DNA from: Chthonomonadales bacterium
GTDB lineage: Bacteria > Armatimonadota > Chthonomonadetes > Chthonomonadales > CAJBBX01
NCBI GenBank assembly: GCA_037443035.1
Contig: JBBIPC010000019.1
Location: 1 to 56,825, forward strand
DNA: 56,825 nt
Direction of reading: 5' to 3'
The notes below the pieces were generated by a model. That model did no database searches, was not told the origin of the DNA, and saw only the letters and a list, made by a program, of their open reading frames with translations. A program made the translations under genes and the position numbers. Numbering within the stretch: position 1 is the stretch's first letter; every line of letters starts with the position of its first letter. Positions 9,532-19,400 of the stretch are shown in pieces.

Positions 9532-9979
9532 TCACAGCATCCGATGCCCTGATAGCACCCCAATGATGTATGGCGAGTGTTGGATCGGTCTTATGAGCAG
9601 GCCAAATCTAGATGAAGACGCTGGGCTGGAAAGAAGCTCAGGGTATCGCGACGGTACGGACGCGCGTGTGAGAGGTCAAGACAGAGCCGATGTCGCTAGC
9701 CAAACGAGCCGTCTGCCGATGTCAATCCAGACACAGTGCTCATCACTTACGGTGGTGTACAAGCCACACAGGCGAAGGATCACCGCAGACAACAAGTCCT
9801 GGGGCCAACATGGGCATGATGGAGTGATAATGGATTGCATTGTCCTGTTATCTCATAGCCTTACGATGCGTGACAAAGATGCCGTCGAGAAGAGCTCTCT
9901 CTTCCGGATCGGGGAAATCGCCGGAAGGACGTTTGGGCTGGCGGGACGGTACTAGAGACCGCTCGAAGGAGGAACTGCC

Positions 9980-10756
9980 ATGACGATTGGATGGCGAACA
10001 CGGACGTTGATCATGACGTTGCTCGTTCTGTTCTTTCTCTCGATGTCCAGTGCGGTGAACGCCCAAGTCGAGGATGTGAAACGCTTAGAAGAGCAGGTGA
10101 ACGCGCTGCAAGAGCAGCAGACCAAGCTGCAACAGCAGATCGAGGCTCTGCAGAAACAGTTGGCACAATTGAGAGAACAGCAAGCGACGAAAGCGGAAGC
10201 CGGCAGGAAGACACCGGCGCCTGTCACTGCGGGCTTCGGGAGTATCCAGTTCGACGGCCTCATGCAGCAATGGTTCGTCGGTGCGTTCGGGAACGGTGGC
10301 ACCAATACAGCCCGCATGCGCCGTTTGGAGCTCAAGTTCAGCGGTCAGGTCCGACCCGATGTCCGGTGGACGGTGATGGTGGACCCTGCCAAGACCCTAA
10401 GCGTCAACACGACGTCTCTCGGCGGTACCGTGGTCGCAACAGGTATCAATCGAAGCAGCGCCATCCTCCAGGACGCGTATGTCAGTTACACGCTGAATCC
10501 GCAATTGACTATCAATCTTGGGCAAGAGAAGGTGCCTCTCTCCATGGCAGCCCTACGCTCATCGGGGCAGCTTCTGACGGTCGAGCGTCCCCTGATGAAT
10601 GTCGTCCCAGCGGCCAACGGGAGACTTGGGGACATGCGTGACGTGGGCGTCCAGGCGAAAGCGAGGGTTGGGGGCCATGGCCACGCTCATGGGCGATCAT
10701 GGTACCCGCGCCCATATCACGCCCACTGCGGCTGGGCTTGCCCTCCACACGGGTAA
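9980..10756 (+). pseudogene. 3'-truncated phosphate-selective porin (OprO/OprP-like)
   Basis: GGAGG RBS, signal peptide, coiled coil, RMRRLELKFSG, LQDAYVSY, GQEKVPLSM..SS..L.TVER, RDVGVQ. Similarity stops near 10660 and the stop codon falls inside a hairpin. Confidence 0.7.
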
Positions 10757-10814
10757 GCCCAGTCACGTACCGCCCCTACGTAGGGCGGCACCAGCGATCG
10801 CTCCGTACGGGAGC
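10732..10814. terminator. Three hairpins between convergent genes
   Basis: CTGGGCTTGCCC/GGGTAAGCCCAG (10732-10762), CCGCCC/GGGCGG (10770-10788), GCTCC/GGAGC (10800-10814). No U-tract. Confidence 0.45.
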
Positions 10815-10863
10815 TGCTACGTTGCTCGAACTACGTGGATCAGCGGCGGCCGCATCGCCACCA

Positions 10864-11937
10864 TCAGTTGGCCTGAAGCAGCTCCAGCATAGCTCGGTCG
10901 AGCTTGTGGCCCTTCCAGTTCTCGTACTCGACGTCCGTGCGGCCGCTGTCGAGAACACCGAATGAACCCCGTAGGTTCCACAGAGCCCATCCCCAGCCTG
11001 CTTCCTTCCAGTTGGCAAGGCAATCCCGCATCCATGCCAGCACCACACCATGAGGCGTACGGTTGAACGCACCGAACTCACCGACCATGACACCGACGCC
11101 GCGGCTCTCCAGTTCCTTCCAAGGACGGATGAAGAACTCGCGGTGATACTCGCGGTCCCAGAGACGGTTACCCTCTTTCAGCGGATACGTCGGCTCGGGC
11201 CAGCGATCGCTGCCTCCGACCCAGCTCGCATGCCAGTGAGATATGGGCATGGGCTGGTACCCTCTCGTGGCAGCAGCCACGTCGAGGCCCACTAGCTCCA
11301 CGGGAGCGGTGTTGCCCCACTGCCGTCCGTCGCAGATGATCAGTCTTTGAGGATCGTGTTCCCGGATCGCTTCCGCCATGCGGGCCACGACCTTTCGATG
11401 TACATCGGGGGCAATAACTGCCGGCTCGTTGAATAGGTTGAAGCTCAGTCGTCGGTTCGGGATGCCCTTGTACCGGCGTGCGAAGGCGGCCCAGTGCAGA
11501 GCGCACACGCGCTGGGCTTCGTCGTCGGTCCACACGCTCTTCTCCTCAGGCGGCTGAGCCACTGTGTAGCCCGGCGCACGATGGAAGTTCAGGCAGACAT
11601 GAACGCCGTACTTTTCGCCAAACCGCACCGCTTCGTCAATCTCCTTCAGGATCGGCTCGCGCAGCTTCGTCCAGTCCCCGGACTCGATCCAGCACCGGTA
11701 GTCCATCGGCAGTCGTACGAAGTTCATGCCCCATTCTTGGATCCACGCGAAGTCTTGCTCGTCGAAGCGTGACTGGGACGCGACTTGGAACTTGGAGAGG
11801 AGGTTGAAGCCCCGCCATCGAGGCAGCTTCTTCGGCGACGGATCGGGCAAGCGACGTTGTTCCTCCGCCTCGCTCTCTCCTACTAGCGCAGCTGCCGAGG
11901 TCGCGAGGACCATGCCAAGCATCTCCCTTCGTTTCAT
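10864..11937 (-). CDS. GH5 family glycoside hydrolase with a Tat-type signal
   Basis: GGGAGG RBS; MKRREMLG; RGFNL, NFVRLPMDY, LNFHRAPG, FNEP, VGEFG, WALW. Confidence 0.92.
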   Translation of the reverse strand: MKRREMLGMVLATSAAALVGESEAEEQRRLPDPSPKKLPRWRGFNLLSKFQVASQSRFDEQDFAWIQEWGMNFVRLPMDYRCWIESGDWTKLREPILKEIDEAVRFGEKYGVHVCLNFHRAPGYTVAQPPEEKSVWTDDEAQRVCALHWAAFARRYKGIPNRRLSFNLFNEPAVIAPDVHRKVVARMAEAIREHDPQRLIICDGRQWGNTAPVELVGLDVAAATRGYQPMPISHWHASWVGGSDRWPEPTYPLKEGNRLWDREYHREFFIRPWKELESRGVGVMVGEFGAFNRTPHGVVLAWMRDCLANWKEAGWGWALWNLRGSFGVLDSGRTDVEYENWKGHKLDRAMLELLQAN

Positions 11938-12046
11938 GATGTCCTCCCTTTGTCGAGCGTTTTCGGTACGGACAGAGCGCGTTCCTGCCGCGACGCGTCG
12001 TTGCGGGGTACCATACAATCCAGCCCAAGCCGGTGCCATCCATCCT

Positions 12047-12616
12047 TTGAGTCCCTTCGTCCTCTTCGGCATTGCCATCAGCCTGGCCATGGACGCATTC
12101 GCGGTAGCGATCGCGTGTAGTACGTCACTCCGGCCTGTCCACCCACGACAGGTGTTCCGATTGGCGTTCCACTTCGGGCTTTTCCAGGCGCTCATGCCGC
12201 TCTTAGGATGGCTTGCTGGTCGCTCAGTAGCTGATGCAGTGGCGTCCTACGACCATTGGCTTGCGTTCGTCCTGCTGACCGTCATTGGGCTCAAGGCCAT
12301 TCGTGGGGGCCTTGTCGCGAATGGCGAGGAAGGCACGGCCGCAGGGGATCCCACGCGCGGAGCGAGCCTTGTCGGCCTTTCGGTGGCGACAAGCCTGGAT
12401 GCTCTCGCAGTAGGCGTGTCGTTCTCGTTCCTGCGCGTACAGATTTGGAGTGCTGTAGCCATCATCGGCCTGATTGCCGCTGCAGCCACGCTGCTCGGCA
12501 TGACGATCGGCAGTCGGCTAGGCTTGCGTTTCGGCAAAGTGACGGAGGTGATCGGAGGCATGGTCCTCGTTCTCATCGGTCTGCGTATCGTCCTGGACCA
12601 CACCGGCGTGTGGTGA
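12047..12616 (+). CDS. mntP: Manganese efflux pump MntP
   Basis: LAMDAFAVA, FGLFQALMPLLGW, ATSLDALAVG; hydrophobic; 189 aa from an inferred TTG start. Confidence 0.9.
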   Translation: MSPFVLFGIAISLAMDAFAVAIACSTSLRPVHPRQVFRLAFHFGLFQALMPLLGWLAGRSVADAVASYDHWLAFVLLTVIGLKAIRGGLVANGEEGTAAGDPTRGASLVGLSVATSLDALAVGVSFSFLRVQIWSAVAIIGLIAAAATLLGMTIGSRLGLRFGKVTEVIGGMVLVLIGLRIVLDHTGVW

Positions 12617-12681
12617 GCGAGGTGGGCGTGCCATACTAGCACTCCGAGTCGTGACGGTTTGCACACAAAGGAGGTTCTGTC

Positions 12682-13434
12682 GTGAAGAGATTGCTGCTTG
12701 CCGGATTCATCCTTGTCGGAGCTACCACCTCGACGGCCCAACCCGGGAAGCCCTCACAGCGACCTAAGCTCACCGCGGAGCAGATCATGGACCGTGCCGC
12801 TGCTGCTCTCGGCCCCAAAGCGGCATGGGATAAGATCACCAGCTCCGTCATGGAGGGAACGATCACGGTCAAGAGTCGCGGCATCTCCGGCACCGTGCTT
12901 CTCAAGGCAAAGCGCCCGAACCGGTTCCTGATACAGCAGGCCATCAAAGGACTCGGCGTGACTCTGCAAGGCTACGATGGAAAGGTGGGTTGGTCGAAGG
13001 ATCCCGTGCAGGGACTGCGGAAGCTCGAGGGCGCAGAGCTTGCTGCTGCCAAGCGGGCCGCTCTATTCGACGCCCACATCCAGTGGAGGAAGCTCTACCG
13101 CAGATGGGAGCTCGTGGGAGTGCGGAAAGTGAACGGGCGAGACGCTTATGCGATCAGGCTCTCGCCTGCCATCGGTCGTGCCACCATCGAGTATCACGAC
13201 ACCAAGACCTTCCGCCTCGTGCGGACCGACATGGTCACGGAGACGCCCCAGGGTCCGCTCTCCATGGAGATCTACCCTTCGGACTACCGCACAGTCCGCG
13301 GCGTTCTGGTCCCATTCACTGTCCTCCAGCGTCAGCGCCATCCAACCGGTTCCGTGGACGTGCTCATTCGACTGAAGACGGTGAAGCCGAACGTGCCCAT
13401 ACCAGACAACACGTTCGCCATGCCGAAGTCATGA
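12682..13434 (+). CDS. Secreted LolA-like-fold protein
   Basis: AAGGAGG RBS, GTG start, signal peptide, K.PNRF, QGYDGKVGW, SDYRTVRGVLVPF, C-terminal NVPIPDNTFAMP. Confidence 0.7.
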   Translation: MKRLLLAGFILVGATTSTAQPGKPSQRPKLTAEQIMDRAAAALGPKAAWDKITSSVMEGTITVKSRGISGTVLLKAKRPNRFLIQQAIKGLGVTLQGYDGKVGWSKDPVQGLRKLEGAELAAAKRAALFDAHIQWRKLYRRWELVGVRKVNGRDAYAIRLSPAIGRATIEYHDTKTFRLVRTDMVTETPQGPLSMEIYPSDYRTVRGVLVPFTVLQRQRHPTGSVDVLIRLKTVKPNVPIPDNTFAMPKS

Positions 13435-14078
13435 GCTGCGAGGTCCAGCAATGGCCCGCCGGCGGTCGGCTTGCGGCGCAGCTCGCCTTCGTGCGCGAGA
13501 TCGACAGAGTGAAAGGTATCTTCCGCCAGACGCTACTGACCGACCGGTCGCGCCGTGAGAACGACGCTGAACACTCCTGGCACATCGCCGTGATGGCCGT
13601 GATCTTGCGCGAGTATGCGGACGCATCCCTCGACCTGCAGCGTGTGATAACGATGCTACTGGTTCACGATCTTGTCGAGATAGACTGTGGTGACGTGTTC
13701 TGCTATGACACGGAGGGCATGATCGGCAAGCACGAACGGGAGGCTCAGGCAGCAGATCGGATCTTCGGTCTGCTGCCACCCGATCTCGGCGTGTCGTTGC
13801 GAGCCTTGTGGGAGGAGTTCGAAGCGCGCGCTACCCCTGAATCCCGCTATGCCAATGCACTCGACAGGCTCCAACCAATGCTCCACAACTACCTCACGGA
13901 GGGCGGAGCCTGGCGAGAGCACGGCGTGACCGCCGACAGGGTGCTGCGCCGCAACCGGATTATCGCAGACGGTGCCCCGGTCCTATGGAGGTTCGCGAAA
14001 GACATGGTCGCCGATGCCGTCTCGAAAGGCTACCTCGAACCAGGTCCTGACTATGAGAGGGAGCTAGCGCACGGCTGA
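13431..14078 (+). CDS. HD-domain phosphohydrolase (YfbR/HDDC2-like)
   Basis: RRENDAEHSW, LLVHDLVE, LWEEFE..TPE, ALDRLQP. ATGA overlap with the upstream gene. Confidence 0.9.
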   Translation: MSCEVQQWPAGGRLAAQLAFVREIDRVKGIFRQTLLTDRSRRENDAEHSWHIAVMAVILREYADASLDLQRVITMLLVHDLVEIDCGDVFCYDTEGMIGKHEREAQAADRIFGLLPPDLGVSLRALWEEFEARATPESRYANALDRLQPMLHNYLTEGGAWREHGVTADRVLRRNRIIADGAPVLWRFAKDMVADAVSKGYLEPGPDYERELAHG

Positions 14079-14099
14079 GCGCAAGGACAACCGACACGG

Positions 14100-16397
14100 T
14101 CATTTCTTTGCGCCTACCAAGATGCCCACGTCAATGAACTGGCCTCCGACGGTCTGATGGCAGTGGACCGCGAGCGTATTGGTCCCAGGACGGAGCACCT
14201 TCCGGAGGACCTGCGTCAGCTCCCGCACGAAATACCCCGTCACATACCCAGAGAACGACGCCACCTGAACGCCGTTGACATAGACCTCCGCGTCCTCGTC
14301 ATGATGGATCTCCAGGGCAGCATAATCCCACTGAAGCGAGGGCAGCTCGAACGTCCGTCGCAGCCAGATGTCAGAGCTCTTCCATTCCGTGCCAACAACA
14401 GAACCCGGAGTGCCGCGAGTGCCAAAGCCACCTAATCCGACGGACCATTGCCTATCGTCGTAGCCAGGCTTCTCCCAACCGGGTGATGGCGCGGTCAGCG
14501 TGTAGCGCCACTGCTGTGGCCTTTCTCGGGACGCAGGGGCCACGGGACTCCAGCCAATCCGCAAGATGCGCGGCCCCATGGTCTCGTATGCTGCGGCGCG
14601 CGCATTGATAGCTCGGACCAGGGCGGGGTCATACTTCGATCGTCGGTCGTAGAAGTAGATGCCGTTTTGCTCTTGCTCCACATCGGTAAGCTGGGTATAG
14701 CAGAATCCGCACATGTTAGGGTTGTCGAGCAGGGCGTCGGTCAGGCCCTTGTACCGCTGCAAGAACTCCTCGAGGTTGGCCTGTCCATAGCCCCAGCCGT
14801 CTGTTCCAGTCTCTCTGTCCGTTCTGAGACGGATGCCCCCGTACTCGCTCACGAAGTACGGCTGGCCGCGGTACGTGCTGCGTGCATCGGCTGCGTTATT
14901 GTTCCACGGGCCCGTTCCCGTCAGGCTGAAGGTCGCGAACCTGCCCTGGAATGCCGCAGGATTCTGCTCGTAATCGTGGGAGTCATACACGTCCGTCCGT
15001 GGGTCCAGATGCACGTAGCCGCTCGTGTCAAGATAGGGCCGCGTCGGATCCACAGCCTGCGTCAGGCCAAGGATCAATTGAGCAGCAGCAACGCCCTCGC
15101 CGGCCCCAGTCTCGTTGAGGGGGCACCAGCCAACGATGGAGGGATGGTTACGATCGCGCTCGAGAACGGCGCGCCATTCGTCCGCCACATGCGCAATGGC
15201 TGTTTGGTTCGTGAGATCCACGCCCCAGCTCGGATACTCACCCCACACAATGTAGCCGAGCTTATCCGCCCAGTAGAGGAACCTCGGCTCGAAGACCTTC
15301 TGATGCAGCCGGGCGCCGTTGAACCCTGCGGCCAATGACAGCTCGATATCGCGGCGGAGATCGGCATCGCTTGGTGCGGTGTATATGCCATCAGGATAGA
15401 AGCCCTGGTCCAGAACAAGACGCTGGAATACCGGCTTGTCGTTGATCAGGAACCGGTTCCCGTCGATCGTCACCTTCCTAAGGCCGAAGTAGGAATGCAC
15501 AGCGTCCGTAGCTCTGCCGTTGCGGAGAACCTCCACGACGAGATCGTAGAGGAATGGTTTGCCGGGCTGCCATGGCTTGACCGTACTCAGCTTCAATACA
15601 GCATGCGTTGCACGCCAGTTCGCAGGAACCGTCTCCTCACCAACGAGTTTGCCGCCCGCATAGGCCCGCAGCCGGAGCCTAGTTCCTCGGGCAGCTCCTT
15701 CCACCCATCCTTGAAACAGGAGCCGTCCTCCGTCCAGATCCGGTGTCATGGTCATGCTCTTCAGGTAAGCCGAGCCCACCGCTTCGAGCCACACTGTCTG
15801 CCAGATTCCCGTCGTGCGGGTGTAGACGCATCCCTCGCTGTAGCGTGAGTGTGCCTGCTTCCCGGTCGCCTGTAGGCCCGACCTTGTGTCATCGTGGGCG
15901 TGGACGACGATCTCGTTCTCGCTGGCCGTCAAATGGTCCGTAACATCGAAAGTGAACGGTACATACCCGCCCCGATGCTCGCCGGCGAACTTGCCATTGA
16001 CCCAGACTCGTGCATACCAGTCCACAGCCCCAAAGTGAAGGAGGATGCGTTTGCCACGCATCCCCGCCGGCAGACGAAAGACCCGGCGGTACCAGACGTC
16101 CTTCATGAAATCCGTCTGGCCAATGCCGGAGAGCTTGCTTTCCGGGCAGAAGGGCACCACGATGCTCTGCTTCAGCTTCACGCCCGTGACTAGTCCACGC
16201 TGTTCGCCATTGCCTGCTTCGTCAATCTCGAACTCCCATCGCCCGTTGAGATTCAGCCAATTCTCTCGACGGAAATCAGGGCGTGGATGCTCCGGCCTAG
16301 GGATGTTCTCGGCGTACATCGCCATGGAGACGGAGAGCGCGATTGCTACGAAGACTATGGACGCAAGAGGTGACGACACGGTTGTCATTCCTTTCAT
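14100..16397 (-). CDS. GH2 glycoside hydrolase with a C-terminal beta-sandwich module
   Basis: PRPEHPRP..WLNLNGRWEF, LHFGAVD, LDQGFYPDG, NHPSIVGWCPLNE, VSEYGG, GFCYTQLTDVEQE; signal peptide. Confidence 0.92.
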   Translation of the reverse strand: MKGMTTVSSPLASIVFVAIALSVSMAMYAENIPRPEHPRPDFRRENWLNLNGRWEFEIDEAGNGEQRGLVTGVKLKQSIVVPFCPESKLSGIGQTDFMKDVWYRRVFRLPAGMRGKRILLHFGAVDWYARVWVNGKFAGEHRGGYVPFTFDVTDHLTASENEIVVHAHDDTRSGLQATGKQAHSRYSEGCVYTRTTGIWQTVWLEAVGSAYLKSMTMTPDLDGGRLLFQGWVEGAARGTRLRLRAYAGGKLVGEETVPANWRATHAVLKLSTVKPWQPGKPFLYDLVVEVLRNGRATDAVHSYFGLRKVTIDGNRFLINDKPVFQRLVLDQGFYPDGIYTAPSDADLRRDIELSLAAGFNGARLHQKVFEPRFLYWADKLGYIVWGEYPSWGVDLTNQTAIAHVADEWRAVLERDRNHPSIVGWCPLNETGAGEGVAAAQLILGLTQAVDPTRPYLDTSGYVHLDPRTDVYDSHDYEQNPAAFQGRFATFSLTGTGPWNNNAADARSTYRGQPYFVSEYGGIRLRTDRETGTDGWGYGQANLEEFLQRYKGLTDALLDNPNMCGFCYTQLTDVEQEQNGIYFYDRRSKYDPALVRAINARAAAYETMGPRILRIGWSPVAPASRERPQQWRYTLTAPSPGWEKPGYDDRQWSVGLGGFGTRGTPGSVVGTEWKSSDIWLRRTFELPSLQWDYAALEIHHDEDAEVYVNGVQVASFSGYVTGYFVRELTQVLRKVLRPGTNTLAVHCHQTVGGQFIDVGILVGAKK

Positions 16398-16423
16398 GGT
16401 CTTACAGTGCTACGGTAGAGGGC

Positions 16424-19400
16424 TCATGGACGCTGCCCGCTACGCTCTGCAGCGAACACCTGGACGGCGATGATGCGCGAATAAGCGTCGTCGTTGGACG
16501 CGTGGATGACCACCCGGATGCGGCTTGTGCGGATGGCGGGTATCCCCACCGTTACCGACGCTTCTTCGTTGTCTCGAACTTCCCCGCAGAGAATCCATTC
16601 GGATCCGCGCTGACAGAACACATCGAAGTCGCGAATGCCGTAGCGTTCTGCCGGTTCCAGCGTAAGGATCTTCACGGCCTGGACGATGGCGGGCTCTGCA
16701 AGGTCAACTTCGATCCAATCCGGGAATTCGCCTTCCGTACCATCGTTCCATCCACCACCCCTCGCCCACCGCTCACCAGTCGTGTGGCCGGCGACGACGC
16801 TATCAGCTAGGTACATGCCTGAAGCATGCTCGGATGATGCTGTGACCGTGGTGCCGCGGTCAGCAAGCGCGACATTCACCAGCCCGGTGACGTCCACGCG
16901 GGCCGTAGGGAGGGCATCACCGGGAAGCAGCCTCACGGGACCATACATCCCGGATGCTTCTTGTCCGCTGTACACATAGGGGGTGGGGTAGCCTGCTCCG
17001 AAGTAGGGCCCCAACGTGTTGTAGACGGTTACCTCGAGGCAATTGGCGCCGGGTCGGAGCAGGCCCGTAACGTCGAAGCGGTAAGGACGCCAGATCCGAA
17101 CTCCTGCGCTGCGACCATTGATGGTAACCTGCGCGGTACCCTTGACCCGTCCAAGATCGAGGAGGAGGGGCGCATCGGCATAGGCGGCAGGCAATTGCAG
17201 TGTCTGCGCATACGTAAGACCACCGGAGTAGTGCGGCAGCCCTTGCTTCGCCCAGTTGCCAAGCTGTATGACGCCTGTACCGACGGTGAAACGTACCGGT
17301 GCCAGGAAGGCAGCCCCTTCGTACCTGCCCGCAGCCTGTTCCACGCGTACGGCAGCTAGCAGGCTCGGTCCTTGGAGGTCCAGCGGTACCTCGACAATGT
17401 TGTTCTCGTCTGGAACGCACTCGCGGCCTTCGATGAACACGCGGTAGCGACCTACAATGGAGAGCCGCATGCTCGTCGTTCCCGGCGGCGTTCGGAACCG
17501 GTACCAGCCCACAGGCTTCGCGATGCCTGGTTTCGCATCAAGAATGAGACCCGGAATCCAAGGCAACACCTCGCCGTTGAGCCAGCCACTGTCCGGCAAG
17601 ATAGCGGGTTCCACCCTGCGCAATCCGGCCACTACACCCCACGGCTCGCATGGGTACTTCCCCACGACGGTAGCCGTCTCCCACCGGGAGTCGTCGTACA
17701 CCGGCAGCGTCCAGCCAAGTCGCGGGCCGTTCGGTTGAACACCAGTCACACGCCAGGAACTATCGGTCGCGACTCTCCTCCATTGGCCGCCGGCCCCCGT
17801 GCCCGTCGTCCATGACAGCACTGCGGCGACACCTGCCGCTCCACCTAGGTTCATGGCGTGTATGGCAAGCACGTTGGGACCTCGCCGGAGGTACCGGGCA
17901 ACCGGATAGCGCTCCGCGACGCTCCAATGCTCGGTGCCCACCCCGATGTCCCGTCCCAGCCGAACACCATTCAGGTAGACCTCGTACCCGTTGTCGGCCG
18001 TAATGCTCAGTACCGCACGCTGCGGCACGCTGTCCAAGGTGAACACCTTCCGGGCGAAGCAGTCGGAGAAGTCCGCTCGCGCTCGCGTCCATATCCAGTC
18101 AGGCCCTTCCACCGAATCTACCAGGGGCCCTACATGCACATAGGTTCTCAGATGGCCGGTTGCCGGATGCCGTAACTGCACTGTTAGCGCGTTGTATCCG
18201 GCCAGCAGATGAGCCACAAGGGGTTGTCCCGCCGGAAGCCACTTGCTGTTCACAGCGACGCGCGGGTCACCTGAACCACAACGGATCAGTACATCGCAGG
18301 GCTTTTCGACGTGCAAGAAGGTCACTGCGAAACGAACTGTACCAGGCGCCGCTACGCCGAAATCCAAGTACTCGTCAGGAATGCGCCCCTTTGGGCCCAG
18401 CCACTGGCCGTAGATGGGGTCTTTCTCGATGCCCAGCTTCATGGAAAACACTGCTGGCTGCCAGATTGCACGGTCGGGACGCCAGTCACCATCTTCCGGA
18501 CCGGGAAGCTTCAAGTCTCCCTGGCCCATTCCGGGCTTCGTGATCCACCAGTACGTGCCGAACGTCGCGGTCACCGTGCGCCAATCGTCGTCTTTGGTCT
18601 TCGGAGACTGCCACCCTGCGGCCATCCCGTCTTCGCCCGTGGCCTCCTCGCGATAGGCGAAGCGCCGACATTCTACCGGCAGGGTCCCAGAAGCTGGCGG
18701 CAGCGCGAAATCTCCCCAACGATTGTCCATGGTAGGCACCAGCGTACTCTGCCAGTCCCGATCCAGGGTGATGGAGGGCAGCGATGGCATGCTGCGTGTT
18801 GCACGGGATGGCCTTGGCGATGCCGGCGACACCTGCCCACCGCCAGACGTCGCAACCGTGCGTGCCCCGGAAACCGGTCTCTGCCGGATTGCCTGACCCA
18901 GCACTACGAAGGCAGCGCGGCTCTCGCTGAAGTCCACGGCGACTCCCACTCGAGATGGTCCAGCCGGGCGAGTTGGTAGAGGAACTGCGCGCCCTGTCCA
19001 GGGCAGCAGGAGCATTGCATTTCCACGACCTCGCAGGGTAATGGGCTGCCGACCACTGGATCCGCTGATGAGGTAATAGACATCCGTCTCGCCAATACGG
19101 CGGTGAAGGAAATGATCCACTCCGTCGGCGTGCTTGGGCATGCGCGCGATGACCGCGTCTAGCCAGCGGCCAATGCCGTCCACCGCAATCGAAGTGCCCT
19201 TGGTTCTCGTAATCCGGCAGATAGTAGTGTCCTCAGCGCTTTCGCCGATCACTCCGAACAACGACCGAACTGCCGCCCGGATCACCGCATCGTTCGCCCC
19301 GTATTCCTTCGAGGCCGATGGTAGACGGCCTATAGCGGCAACCATTCCCCCCGTCCGAACGAGGTCCACCAGGCGCTGGACGCCTTGCCGGGGGAGTGTC

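Noticed and set aside
9458..9955. 165-aa plus-strand ORF
   Set aside because: No RBS or recognisable motif; it overlaps the remnant and the probable porin promoter region.
11938..12046. yybP-ykoY manganese riboswitch upstream of mntP
   Set aside because: The 109-bp divergent gap has a TACAAT box only about 27 nt before the start, and no riboswitch motifs were recognisable.
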